Positions 1-9,862 of a stretch of DNA of 64,000 nucleotides are shown one piece after another. Each line of letters begins with the position of its first letter. The first letter of the stretch is position 1. The notes beneath the pieces are model-generated. The model had not been told where the DNA came from and ran no database searches. It was given only the letters and a program-made list of their open reading frames with translations. The stretch spans positions 339 through 64,338 of the forward strand of contig LCKI01000001.1 in NCBI GenBank assembly GCA_001001345.1. The letters are read 5' to 3'. Source of the stretch: Parcubacteria group bacterium GW2011_GWC1_45_14. GTDB lineage: Bacteria > Patescibacteriota > Minisyncoccia > Moranbacterales > GWC2-37-73. The position numbers were made by a program, and so were the translations under genes.

Positions 1-5
1 TTTCC

Positions 6-1403
6 CTACCTCTTCGGCAGGCAAGCTTCCAGGCTCCATATGTTAGCTTTGGTTATTTCCGCTTTCACTATTTTTCCTACCAGATTTTTCCTATCGGATA
101 GCAACTTCACGTTTTTGAGCGTCCTCGTTTTTCCGAAATAAAATTTTATCCCGTGATCAGGCGAGCCTGATTTTACGGGGCCATCTTTTTCTTTTTCTAT
201 GAGAACCTCGATTTTTCTGCCGACATATTTTTTATTGTTGGCGAGCGCCGTCTTTTTGAGGATTTCGTTGAGGGATTTCTCGCGCCACTCCTTTTCCTTG
301 ATCGAAACGTTGTCTTTCATGTTCCAGGCGGCCGTTCCTGGGCGCGGGGAATATTGTCCGAAAAAAACCATATCGAATTTGGATTTTTCCATGACCATAG
401 CGGAATTTCCGAATTGTTTTTTTGTTTCCCCAGGGAAACCGACGATGATATCGGTCGTGATGGAATAGGGAGCATCCGGTTTGTATTTCTTGAAAGAAGT
501 TTTTATTTTCCTGATTAGTCCTAGGTAATGCTTTTGTGTATATTTCCTGTTCATTCTTCGGAGCACGCCGTCGTCTCCGGCTTGGATAGGAAGATGGATA
601 TTTTCGCAAACCTTCTTCAGTTTCGTGATAGTTTCGATCGCCACACTGTCCATATCCTTGGGATGAGAGGAAACAAAATGGATCCAGAATTTTCCAGGAA
701 TTCTGTCTACTTTCTTGAGAAGTTTGGCAAAGGATATTTTTTTATCCGCCTCATCGGCAGATGAATTCTTACTGCTGCTGCAGTAAGAATTCACATTTTG
801 CCCAAGAAGGGTGATGCTCTTGTATCCCTTTGCGACTAAGTTTTTTATTTCAGAAACTATCTCTTCTGCCGGCCTGGAAACCTCGCGTCCGCGCGCATAG
901 GGAACTACGCAATATGAACAGAAATTGTCGCACCCGGTCATTATGGGCACGTATGCGGAAAAAGTGTTTTTGTATTTAGGATTTATTGATAAATAACCTA
1001 TATGCTCTTTATTGTGGAGGGTATTTTGCATCTCGTATTTTGTATCTTGTATTTTCGAATCCATACTAAATACTTGATACAGGATACTTGATACTTTTTC
1101 ACGGAAATCTTTGATTTCCGTGAAAAGATCGACGTCCTTCATTCTGCGGTGGATATCTTTCCTGTTAGCCAGGCATCCCGTGACTACTATTTTTATTTTC
1201 GGATTGTCTTTTTTGAGATTTCTGACTAGCCCGAAAACCCGGTCTTCCGCCATCTGGCGGACTCCGCAGGTATTCAGGATTACCAAGTCGGAGTCTTCTA
1301 TTTTTTCAGCAAGATCAAAACCGCTGCTTTCCAAAAAAGAAGATACGCGTTCGCTGTCGGAAACGTTCATCTGGCATCCGAAAGTTTTTATGAAATAGGT
1401 CAT
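6..1403 (-). CDS. miaB: tRNA-i6A37 methylthiotransferase MiaB (radical SAM MTTase); start moved to MTYFIKTFGCQMN
   Basis: N-terminal MTTase motif FGCQMN, radical SAM CDNFCSYCVVPYARG, C-terminal TRAM-like region; ATG at 1401-1403. Confidence 0.85.
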   Translation of the reverse strand: MTYFIKTFGCQMNVSDSERVSSFLESSGFDLAEKIEDSDLVILNTCGVRQMAEDRVFGLVRNLKKDNPKIKIVVTGCLANRKDIHRRMKDVDLFTEIKDFREKVSSILYQVFSMDSKIQDTKYEMQNTLHNKEHIGYLSINPKYKNTFSAYVPIMTGCDNFCSYCVVPYARGREVSRPAEEIVSEIKNLVAKGYKSITLLGQNVNSYCSSSKNSSADEADKKISFAKLLKKVDRIPGKFWIHFVSSHPKDMDSVAIETITKLKKVCENIHLPIQAGDDGVLRRMNRKYTQKHYLGLIRKIKTSFKKYKPDAPYSITTDIIVGFPGETKKQFGNSAMVMEKSKFDMVFFGQYSPRPGTAAWNMKDNVSIKEKEWREKSLNEILKKTALANNKKYVGRKIEVLIEKEKDGPVKSGSPDHGIKFYFGKTRTLKNVKLLSDRKNLVGKIVKAEITKANIWSLEACLPKR

Positions 1404-1460
1404 AGTTATATTTTTTATAGGGCAGTTCATAATAACAGGAAAACAGGATCGATGCAATGA

Positions 1461-2231
1461 TTAGCGGCATTTGAGATACATTAAAAACTCCTTTTTTCCT
1501 TTTCCTCCCAGAATAGGAGAGTCCGTGATTCCTATGATTTCAAACCCTAAATCTTTGGAGAGATTTTTTATTTTTTCGATGACTTCTTCGTGGAGATTTT
1601 CTTTGTTCACTATACCTTTTTTGATATGCTTTTTTCCTACTTCGAATTGCGGTTTGATGAGCGTGACGATTTCCCCTTTGGTTGAAATCAGTTCAGCGGC
1701 TTTCGGTAGGATATGCGAGAGGGAAATGAATGAGACGTCGATGCAGATGAAATCCAAAAGCTCGGAAAAATTTTCCTTGGATAGGTTTTTGATATGGGTG
1801 TTTTCCATATTCACGACCCTCTCGTCGCTCCTCAGTTTTTCCGCCAATTGTCCGCTACCCACGTCGACGGAGTAAACTTTCTCAGCCTTGTTTTCCAGTA
1901 GAACCTGGGCGAATCCTCCGGTACATGCTCCAAAGTCGGCGCATATTTTATTTTTGACGTCGATGTTCCAATGCTCCAATGCATGTTCCAGTTTCAAGCC
2001 GGCGCGCGAAACCCAGGGAATGTCCTGTTTAATTATTTCAATTTTTGAATTCTCATCCACTTGCTGGGTGGGTTTTGTCGCGATTTTGCCATTCACCCTG
2101 TTAAATTGCTCCGCACCGCCTTCAGCGGATTTAACAGGGTAAATCAAAACACCCCCGTCTTTAATGAGGTTTTTGGCGCGCTCCCTTGATTGCGCCAAGC
2201 CATTTTTTACCAGTAATGCATCCAGTCTCAT
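1461..2231 (-). CDS. tlyA: TlyA-family rRNA 2'-O-methyltransferase (S4 domain + FtsJ-like MTase)
   Basis: S4-like N-terminus (RLDALLVKNGLAQSRERAKNLI), FtsJ motif DFGACTGGF; contains in-frame repeat insertion at 2091-2143. Confidence 0.8.
   Translation of the reverse strand: MRLDALLVKNGLAQSRERAKNLIKDGGVLIYPVKSAEGGAEQFNRVNGKIATKPTQQVDENSKIEIIKQDIPWVSRAGLKLEHALEHWNIDVKNKICADFGACTGGFAQVLLENKAEKVYSVDVGSGQLAEKLRSDERVVNMENTHIKNLSKENFSELLDFICIDVSFISLSHILPKAAELISTKGEIVTLIKPQFEVGKKHIKKGIVNKENLHEEVIEKIKNLSKDLGFEIIGITDSPILGGKGKKEFLMYLKCR
2091..2143. repeat. Palindromic nested-hairpin element copy A, inserted in-frame inside tlyA (encodes YPVKSAEGGAEQFNRVN)
   Basis: ttcaccctgttaaat ... atttaacagggt inverted arms with internal hairpin, same family as copies at 11359, 14846, 14921, 42951, 56444, 62888. 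Confidence 0.6.
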
Positions 2232-2243
2232 ATTATTCGAAAA

Positions 2244-2268
2244 GAGAGCCGCCCGGGAAGCGGCTCTC
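2244..2268 (-). terminator. Hairpin gagagccgc-ccgggaa-gcggctctc followed by U-run on minus strand, downstream of thrS
   Basis: perfect 9-bp stem, T-rich tract on minus strand. Confidence 0.4.
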
Positions 2269-2285
2269 TGGAAAGAAGTTATTTC

Positions 2286-4043
2286 TTAGAGGGATTTGTT
2301 GGAAATTTCCTTTGTCATTTTTTCCACGAAATCTTCAAGTGAAAGAGTTTCTTGTATTTTTTCTCCGCGCTTTCTGATGGTGACGGTTTTGGATTCCTGT
2401 TCTTTTTCTCCGATAACTATCATGTAAGGAGTCTTCTGTTTTTCCGCTTGGGAAATCCGCTTGCCAAGCGATTCCGATTCAAGACTCATTTCCACGCGGA
2501 CATCTTTTTCCAAAAGTTTTCCTTCAACCTTTTTTGCATATCCTTCGAATTTCTCGCTAACAGGTATGATCGCGACCTGGACAGGGGAGAGCCAGAGCGG
2601 GAAGGCGCCAGCAAAATGTTCAATCAGAAGCATCAGGAATCTTTCATATGATCCAAGGATGGCACGGTGGACCATGACGGGATTGATTTCTTTTCCGGTA
2701 TTGTCCGTGTATACGAGATCGAACCTTTTCGGCGTGGCGAAATCCAGCTGTACGGTCGGTATCTGGATTTCCCTTCCCATGGAATCTTTGAACATGAAAT
2801 CGAGCTTGGGTCCGTAGAGAGCGGCTTCACCTTCGCGTTTTTGCGCATCAAGTCCCATCTCATCGGAAATTTCCTGAAGCATCTGTTCGCACTTGTCCCA
2901 ATCCTGGGGGTCACCGATATATTTTTCAGGATGGGCATAGTCTCGCACTGAGAGGGATACCCAATGGTTTCCCCACATTCCGAGCGAGCTATAGAAATCT
3001 TTGATTATCTCAACCATGTTTTTCATTTCCTGTTTCACTTGGTCGACGGTACAGAACGAATGTCCGTCTTCGACGGTAATCGCGATCACGCGATTGAGTC
3101 CTCCGATTTCACCAGGCTTCTCATCGCGGTACTGTTTTTCCGATTCCATATATCTTATTGGAAGATCGCGATATGATCTTGGTCGGGAAGCGAAAATCTG
3201 GGTTTGGTGTGGGCACTGCACCGGCTTCATTACGTAATTCTGTTTGTAGTGCGATTTGACCTGGAAAAGTTCGTCGCCGAATTTCTGGGCATGTCCGGAT
3301 TTCTCATAAAGGTCTATTTTGGCCAGATGGGGAGTGGAAACTTTTTGGAATCCGTAACCCCTGCAAACCTTTTCGATGTGTTTTTGTAGTTCCTCTTTTA
3401 TGGTAGTTCCTCTCGGAGTGAAGAGCGGTAATCCCGGTCCGACGAGATCGGAGAAGGCGAAGAGGTCCAATTCCTTGCCAAGTTTTCGGTGGTCCCTTTT
3501 GGCGGCTTCTTCCAACTGCTGGAGGTATTCTTTGAGTTTCTTTTTATTTTCAAAAACTACTCCATAAATCCTTTGGAGCTGGATATTGTTCTCATCTCCT
3601 TTCCAATAGGCTCCGGAAATCCTGGTGAGCTTGAGCGCCTGCGGGTCTATTTTTCCGGTCGAGTCGATGTGTGGTCCTGAGCAGAGGTCGATGAAATCAC
3701 CGGATTTATAAATCGAGACATTCTCGTTGCCTTGCGTGATAAGGTCGTTGATGATTTCAACCTTGTAACTTTGTCCGATCCCTTCGAATTTTTCCTTAGC
3801 TTCCTGCGCCGAAAGTTCGGCCCGTTCGAATTCGTGGTTTTCCTTGATGATCCTTTGCATCTTTTCTTCGAGCAGGGGAAGATCTTCAGGGATGAGGGTT
3901 CGGGGGAGTTCGAAGTCATAATAGAATCCGTTTTCGATCGCCGGTCCCATGGCGAATTTGGCTTCGGGAAACATCTCAAGAACGGCAGCTGCTAATACGT
4001 GCGCCGAAGAATGCCTTAAGATTTCCAATTTGTCTTGCTCCAT
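2286..4043 (-). CDS. thrS: Threonyl-tRNA synthetase, short form lacking N-terminal TGS domain
   Basis: starts just before HSSAHVLAAA editing-domain motif; class II aaRS catalytic and anticodon-binding regions. Confidence 0.9.
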   Translation of the reverse strand: MEQDKLEILRHSSAHVLAAAVLEMFPEAKFAMGPAIENGFYYDFELPRTLIPEDLPLLEEKMQRIIKENHEFERAELSAQEAKEKFEGIGQSYKVEIINDLITQGNENVSIYKSGDFIDLCSGPHIDSTGKIDPQALKLTRISGAYWKGDENNIQLQRIYGVVFENKKKLKEYLQQLEEAAKRDHRKLGKELDLFAFSDLVGPGLPLFTPRGTTIKEELQKHIEKVCRGYGFQKVSTPHLAKIDLYEKSGHAQKFGDELFQVKSHYKQNYVMKPVQCPHQTQIFASRPRSYRDLPIRYMESEKQYRDEKPGEIGGLNRVIAITVEDGHSFCTVDQVKQEMKNMVEIIKDFYSSLGMWGNHWVSLSVRDYAHPEKYIGDPQDWDKCEQMLQEISDEMGLDAQKREGEAALYGPKLDFMFKDSMGREIQIPTVQLDFATPKRFDLVYTDNTGKEINPVMVHRAILGSYERFLMLLIEHFAGAFPLWLSPVQVAIIPVSEKFEGYAKKVEGKLLEKDVRVEMSLESESLGKRISQAEKQKTPYMIVIGEKEQESKTVTIRKRGEKIQETLSLEDFVEKMTKEISNKSL

Positions 4044-4411
4044 AAATTTTTAACGGCAATTTCAAATGCCAAATTGTAAATTTCAAATCAATGTCTTAAT
4101 TGCAAAATGTTTTAAGATTTGTCATTTGAGAATTTAAAATTCATTTGGAATTTGAAATTTTTAATTTGTAATTCTTATAAATAAAAAACACCCTGAAATA
4201 TGAGAATAGGAAAAATTAATTTTCCAATATCGAGGCTTCCGGTTTCGTTCGGAGGCGGTTCCACTCGATTTCCCATAATTTCTTGGGCACTTTATGCGCC
4301 TATTCGTAGGCCGCTTGAACGGAAGCTCCGCGGATGGTTGGGCCGCATCTGCGCTTCATTCGATTGTGGTTTTATTATATGGAAATATGACCCATTTGTC
4401 AATAAGTATAG

Positions 4412-7400
4412 CTAAGCAAGTTCCACGCTGCCATGCAGGACGATGGATTTCAACTCCTCGATGATTTCGTCCGTGTGTTCTATGGAGAACGGAGTCTGAA
4501 GCTTGGTTTCATTGTGATGGAGAACGACCTTGGTGTCACCGCTTTTGCAGTCCTTGAAAAATTTCCCTAGCCGATGGATGATTTCCGGCGTGGCGTTGTG
4601 GGGAAGTTTTATAAGAAGGCTTCCTGTGGGAGCTGTATGGTTTTGAGATGGCTGATCCGTCGAGGGTGCTGGCGGAGGAGTCTGGTCGTCATCGTTCTTG
4701 TTTTCCTGGTGATACGTTTTTTGTGTCAGCCTGATGCGCATGAATTCGTCGACTTCGTGGCGGTTAAGCTCGTTCGCTTCGTCGGCAATGAGTTTGAAGG
4801 ACCCGTCCTTGTCCGAGAGGCGTCCTTCGGCGATTATCATCCTTTCTTCCTCCCAGGCGCTTTGGGTCTTTTCCAATACCCTTGGAAAAACCAAAAGCTC
4901 AATCCTGCCCTTGGTGTCCTCGAGCGTGACGAAAAGCATGGTTTCATGGCGCTTGGTCAGAATTTTCTGGACTTTCTGGATGACGCCCCCGACCTTGATT
5001 CTTTGTCCGACCATTTCCTTGGAGAGGCTGGCAATCGGAGTAGCGGCTTCGTCTAGGAAATCTTGGAATTCGGCGACCGGGTGGTCTGTCACATAGAGTC
5101 CCAGGAGTTCTTTTTCCCATTTCAATCTTTCTTTTTTCGTGGAAGGTTCGCATTCCGTCATTTGTATAGTCGGCGACTCCAGGATTTCCGCGCCGAAAAG
5201 ACTCACCTGGTTTGAATCTTTATTTTTCTGGATATTTTTGGAAAAGCTTATGATATTCTCGATGTTCTCGATAATCTGTTTCCTTTCTCCAAGATCGTCG
5301 AGCGCGCCGACTTTCGCCAGGGCTTCAATGGATTTTTTGTTGAGGTCTTTGGTTTGCACGCGTTCGACAAGGTCGGCCAGCGATTTGAATTTGCCGTTCG
5401 CTTTCCTTTCTTTGACGATCTCTTCTGCGACGACATGGCCGACGTTTTTGATGGCGTTAAGTCCGAAGCGGATCCTGTTTTTGCCATCGTCTCCTAAAAT
5501 CACCGCGAAGTTTTCAAAACTTTCATTGACGTCCGGAGGGAGGACTTCGATTCCCATGTCGCGCGTTTCGTCCACTTCGATAGCGATGCGGTCGATGTTG
5601 TCCTGGTCGGAAGTGAGGAGCGCAGCCATGAAAGCTTCGGGGTAGTGCGCTTTTAGATATGCCGTCTGATAACCGATGAGGGCGTAGCAGGCCGCATGCG
5701 AACGGTTGAAACCGTAGCCGGCGAACGGTTCGATGAATGAGAATACTTTTTCGCCGATTTCCTTGCTGACTCCGTTTTTGACGCAACCTTCCACGAATTT
5801 TATTTTCTGTTCCTGAATGAGGTCGAGGATTTTCTTTCCCATGGCTTTTCGAAGCACGTCCGCTTCTCCCATGGAAAAACCGGCCAAGGCCCTGGCGATC
5901 TGCATGACCTGTTCCTGGTAGACCGCTACTCCATAGGTGTTTTTGAGGATCGGTTCAAGCTTGGGGTGGACATAGCTGACCTTCCTGGTGCCATGCTTTC
6001 CGGAAATGAAGTCCGGAATCCAATCCATCGGTCCGGGACGATAAAGAGCCACCATGGCGATGATGTCTTCGATGACGGTGGGCTTGAGAAGCTTGAGATA
6101 TCTTTTCATCCCCGAGCTTTCGAATTGGAACACGCCGGTCGTTTTGCCGTCCTGGAAAAGCTTGTAAGCAAGCTCATCGTCGACCGGAAGTTCGTCGATG
6201 TTTATTTCGACTCCTTTGGTTTTTTTGATGATGCGGATGGCGTTTTGGATGATGGTGAGGTTTTTGAGTCCCAAAAAGTCCATCTTGAGAAGGCCGATCT
6301 TTTCCACGTAACTAGTTTTAGTGGAAGATGAATATTGGGTCACCGTCCCTTCGCGCGCCCCGGTGATGTTCTGGATGGGAGTGTATTCTGTTACCGGTTC
6401 TTTCGTAATCACAACTCCGCAGGCATGCATACCGGCGTGGCGCGAAACTCCTTCGAGTCGCATGGCGTTGTTGATGAGTTTTTTTGCATCCTCTCCGGAT
6501 TCATAATGCGTTTTGAATTCAGGTACTTCCTCCAGGGCTTTTTTAATGGAGGTGAACATTGGGATCATCTTGGAGGTCTTGTCGCAAAAATCATAGGGAA
6601 GTCCAAGTGCTCTTCCTGTGTCGCGGATGGCGGCTCGCGCAGCCATCGTTCCAAAAGTTATGATTTGCGCCACATGGTCGTCGCCATATTTCTTCCTTAC
6701 GTATGCAAGGACGTCGTCGCGTCTGTCGTCGGCGAAATCCATATCGACGTCGGGCATGGACACTCTTTCCGGATTAAGGAATCTTTCGAAAAGAAGGTCG
6801 TATTGTATGGGATCCACGTTGGTGATTCCTACTAGGTAGGATACGAAACTTCCGGCCGCGCTTCCTCTGCCTGGACCCACGACGATTCCGTTTTCTTTAG
6901 CCCAATTGACGAAATCCTGGACGATCAAAAAGTATGAGGAGTAGCCGCATTTTTCAATAACGGAAAGTTCATAGTCCATCCTTTCTTCGTGCACATTGGT
7001 GTGCTGTCCTTTGTATCTTTTCTCAAGTCCTTCCTTGGTGAGATGGCGTAAGTATGTGACATCGGTGAAACCTTCCGGAACTTCAAAATGCGGGAGCTGG
7101 GTTTCGCCGAGCTTGAGGTGGAAATCGCAGAGCTCCACGACTTTCTGCGTGTTCTCCAGAACCTCGGGGTGGTCCGGGAAACTGGATAGGACTTCCTCAG
7201 GGGATCGGAGTGAAAGATCGAAGTCCATAAGATTCATTCTGTCTGTTTCCTGTACCTTTCTGTTGGTTTGCACGCAAAGAAGGATGTCTTGAGCGGTCGC
7301 ATCTTCTTTTTTGACGTAATGCACGTCGCAGGTCGCCACGACCGGAATGTTGAGTTCTTTGGAGAGTTTGAATATCCCGTCGTTGGCTATCTTTTGGTTT

Positions 7401-7954
7401 GGGAAGTTGGGATGACTCTGTACTTCCAAAAAGAAGGACCCTTCGTCGAAAATGTCCATGTATTCCAAAGCGAGCTCCTTGGCCTTGTCGTAGTTTCCCA
7501 TCACTATTTGGGCAGGGATCTCTCCTTCCGCGCAGGCCGAAAGGCCCACGAGTCCTTCGCCATATTGGCGCAGAATCTTCCTGTCGATTCTGGGTTTGTA
7601 ATAAAACCCTTCCAAATGCGCGATGGAAACCAATTTCATCAGGTTTTTGTAACCCTTTTCATTTTTCACCAGCAGGATGAGGTGGTATCTTTTCCTGTCT
7701 TCGGCGGTCGGATTCTTCGAATGCAGATCGTTCGGCGTCACATACATCTCGCAACCCAAAATCGGCTTGATTCCTTTTTCCTTGGCCGTGATGAAAAGGT
7801 CGATTGCTCCGTAAAGCACGCCGTGGTCTGTCAGCGCTATCGAATCCATCCCGAGTTCTTTGGCGCGGTCCATGAGGTCGGGAATTTTCCCGAGGCCGTC
7901 TAACAGCGAGTAATGACTATGTACGTGTAAGTGGGTATATTTGGGAGTATTCAT
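4412..7954 (-). CDS. dnaE: DNA polymerase III alpha subunit
   Basis: PHP domain HLHVHSHYSLLDG, 1180 aa, conserved polymerase core. Confidence 0.95.
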   Translation of the reverse strand: MNTPKYTHLHVHSHYSLLDGLGKIPDLMDRAKELGMDSIALTDHGVLYGAIDLFITAKEKGIKPILGCEMYVTPNDLHSKNPTAEDRKRYHLILLVKNEKGYKNLMKLVSIAHLEGFYYKPRIDRKILRQYGEGLVGLSACAEGEIPAQIVMGNYDKAKELALEYMDIFDEGSFFLEVQSHPNFPNQKIANDGIFKLSKELNIPVVATCDVHYVKKEDATAQDILLCVQTNRKVQETDRMNLMDFDLSLRSPEEVLSSFPDHPEVLENTQKVVELCDFHLKLGETQLPHFEVPEGFTDVTYLRHLTKEGLEKRYKGQHTNVHEERMDYELSVIEKCGYSSYFLIVQDFVNWAKENGIVVGPGRGSAAGSFVSYLVGITNVDPIQYDLLFERFLNPERVSMPDVDMDFADDRRDDVLAYVRKKYGDDHVAQIITFGTMAARAAIRDTGRALGLPYDFCDKTSKMIPMFTSIKKALEEVPEFKTHYESGEDAKKLINNAMRLEGVSRHAGMHACGVVITKEPVTEYTPIQNITGAREGTVTQYSSSTKTSYVEKIGLLKMDFLGLKNLTIIQNAIRIIKKTKGVEINIDELPVDDELAYKLFQDGKTTGVFQFESSGMKRYLKLLKPTVIEDIIAMVALYRPGPMDWIPDFISGKHGTRKVSYVHPKLEPILKNTYGVAVYQEQVMQIARALAGFSMGEADVLRKAMGKKILDLIQEQKIKFVEGCVKNGVSKEIGEKVFSFIEPFAGYGFNRSHAACYALIGYQTAYLKAHYPEAFMAALLTSDQDNIDRIAIEVDETRDMGIEVLPPDVNESFENFAVILGDDGKNRIRFGLNAIKNVGHVVAEEIVKERKANGKFKSLADLVERVQTKDLNKKSIEALAKVGALDDLGERKQIIENIENIISFSKNIQKNKDSNQVSLFGAEILESPTIQMTECEPSTKKERLKWEKELLGLYVTDHPVAEFQDFLDEAATPIASLSKEMVGQRIKVGGVIQKVQKILTKRHETMLFVTLEDTKGRIELLVFPRVLEKTQSAWEEERMIIAEGRLSDKDGSFKLIADEANELNRHEVDEFMRIRLTQKTYHQENKNDDDQTPPPAPSTDQPSQNHTAPTGSLLIKLPHNATPEIIHRLGKFFKDCKSGDTKVVLHHNETKLQTPFSIEHTDEIIEELKSIVLHGSVELA

Positions 7955-8336
7955 TGAGTTTGATAAATCGTTTTAGGTTTTTGGAAACATAAGTCATTGG
8001 CAGTAGGTCCGGTTCTTGGTCGTAGGCCTTAGGTTGGAAATCGGTTAAATGGAAAAAAGAAATGGGTTCGGGAAAATAGAAATTTGAAATCGGAAAATCC
8101 TTTTTCTATTCTCCTTTTTCTTGAACCATCTTCCATTTTCTAATAAACTTTTTTCAAAATCCAATGACTAACGACTTTTCCCACGGCTAATGACCAATGT
8201 TGCTTATGACAAACAAAAAACCTCTATCGAAAATAGGGCCTGTTAACAATAAAATATAAAAATATTTTCCATATAATTTCTAATCTCCATAGCCCGGATT
8301 GCTCCCTGGGTTTTGCAAGATGTTTTTACTACAAGA

Positions 8337-8618
8337 TCAGTATAGCATATCGCCTGGGAAAAGAAAAAGAACCTGTCCGAATCGACAGGTTCTCGAGGTT
8401 AACACAAGCGACGCCTTTTTATTGGGAGGTGTCAGTGTTATCACAAGGCCGAGAAAATGGGCGGTCAGTATAACCTTCTTGCTATCGCAAAGGCAGAACC
8501 TGACGAATCTTTTCAGTGCGGTGTAAGAGGGGATGGTGATAAAACACGCCGGGGCTATCATCAAGATGATGATGATTGCGCAATCGGTAATCAGTAACGA
8601 TCTGCGAATAGCTTTCAA
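8337..8618 (-). CDS. Possible small hydrophobic Cys-rich protein with TTG start preceded by GGAGG; may instead be non-coding leader of dnaE
   Basis: GGAGG 5 nt upstream of TTG; hydrophobic N-terminus; no homology recognised. Confidence 0.2.
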   Translation of the reverse strand: MKAIRRSLLITDCAIIIILMIAPACFITIPSYTALKRFVRFCLCDSKKVILTAHFLGLVITLTPPNKKASLVLTSRTCRFGQVLFLFPGDMLY

Positions 8619-8694
8619 CTGGGCCTCCCTTATGATAGGATGTCATTGGTATGAAAGGAACTATTAGACACGGGAGTTAATATACTGAAAAAAT

Positions 8695-9408
8695 ATGGCT
8701 TTGTCAAAATCGACATTCGAATTGGAAAAGATCCTGGCGGAGAAAGGATATGAAATAATAATCGGAACCGATGAGGTCGGACGCGGTCCGCTTTGCGGTC
8801 CTGTTGTGGCGTGCGCGGTGGCTTTTCGCGGTAGCGGTTTTCCGGAGTTCGACTCCGAATCGGAGTCGAACTCCGGTACTCGAAAGATGTGGGATTTGGT
8901 CAGGGATTCGAAAAAACTTTCCGAAAAGCAGAGGGAAGAAGTGTTCGAATTCATCCATGAGCATTTCCATGTCGGCATTGGACTATGCGATCATCAGACG
9001 GTCGACCGCATCAACATTTTGGAAGCAAGTTTTCTTTCCATGAAAAAAGCCATCCAGGATTTGCGACGGAAAATGGAAATGGAAAATCCTAAAACCCAAA
9101 ACCTAGAACCTAAAACCTGCATTCTGGTAGATGGGAACAAGAAAATCCCGAATCTTTCCATGGAGCAGATGGCGGTTATCGGAGGGGACAAGATTGTGAA
9201 ATCCATTTCTGCGGCTTCCATCGTGGCCAAGGTGACTAGGGACAGGATGATGGAGGAATTCCATCAGAAGTATCCCCAATACGGCTTCGATAAGCACAAA
9301 GGTTATGGCACTAAGGTTCATATGGACGCCCTTTTGGAGCACGGTGCGTGCGAAATTCATCGCAAAAGCTTCGGCCCGGTCTCGAGGCTTGCCAATTTGA
9401 AGAAATGA
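8695..9408 (+). CDS. rnhB: Ribonuclease HII
   Basis: GTDEVGRGPLCGPVV motif; ends with TGA stop. Confidence 0.9.
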   Translation: MALSKSTFELEKILAEKGYEIIIGTDEVGRGPLCGPVVACAVAFRGSGFPEFDSESESNSGTRKMWDLVRDSKKLSEKQREEVFEFIHEHFHVGIGLCDHQTVDRINILEASFLSMKKAIQDLRRKMEMENPKTQNLEPKTCILVDGNKKIPNLSMEQMAVIGGDKIVKSISAASIVAKVTRDRMMEEFHQKYPQYGFDKHKGYGTKVHMDALLEHGACEIHRKSFGPVSRLANLKK

Positions 9409-9569
9409 TGATATCGTGCTAATGTTATACCAGCGGATAGCCTGCTTTTAGGTAGGCTGGGATAATGGAAATTTATCATTCATTTGTCGGTTCTAACATT
9501 TATAAAGGGCGCAATAGGAACATAGCTTTACGACCTTCATAAACTTTACGAACTTAATATTACAAAAAC

Positions 9570-9776
9570 ATGTCAGTACCAAAGCAAAGACACACCAAAA
9601 CCAGGCGCGACAGGAAAAGGAAGCGTTTCGAACTCAAACCGGTCGGAACGCAGGTTTGTCCTAAATGCGGAAAACCGATGTTGCCTCACAGGGCTTGCGG
9701 ATCTTGCGGATATTACAAGGGAAAAGAAGTCGTTAACACCGTCAAAAAAGCGACGAAGAAAGCTGCTAAAAAATAA
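9570..9776 (+). CDS. rpmF: 50S ribosomal protein L32
   Basis: MSVPKQRHTKTRRDRKRKRF, CxxC...CxxC zinc ribbon. Confidence 0.9.
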   Translation: MSVPKQRHTKTRRDRKRKRFELKPVGTQVCPKCGKPMLPHRACGSCGYYKGKEVVNTVKKATKKAAKK

Positions 9777-9862
9777 AAATAAAACGCATAACGCGTAGCG
9801 TGAAGCGCATGACGTAAGAAGTTTACGTTCCACGTTTACACGTTCCACGCTTTACGATAAAC

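Noticed and set aside
8290-8690. RNase P RNA, tmRNA, SRP RNA or 6S RNA in the dnaE-rnhB gap
   Set aside because: I searched both strands by eye for GGAAAGUCCGGGC, tRNA-like GGUUCGA...CCA ends and GGAAGCAGCC-type domain IV motifs. I found only weak partial resemblances such as aatccgggctatgg, which is not enough to call a gene.
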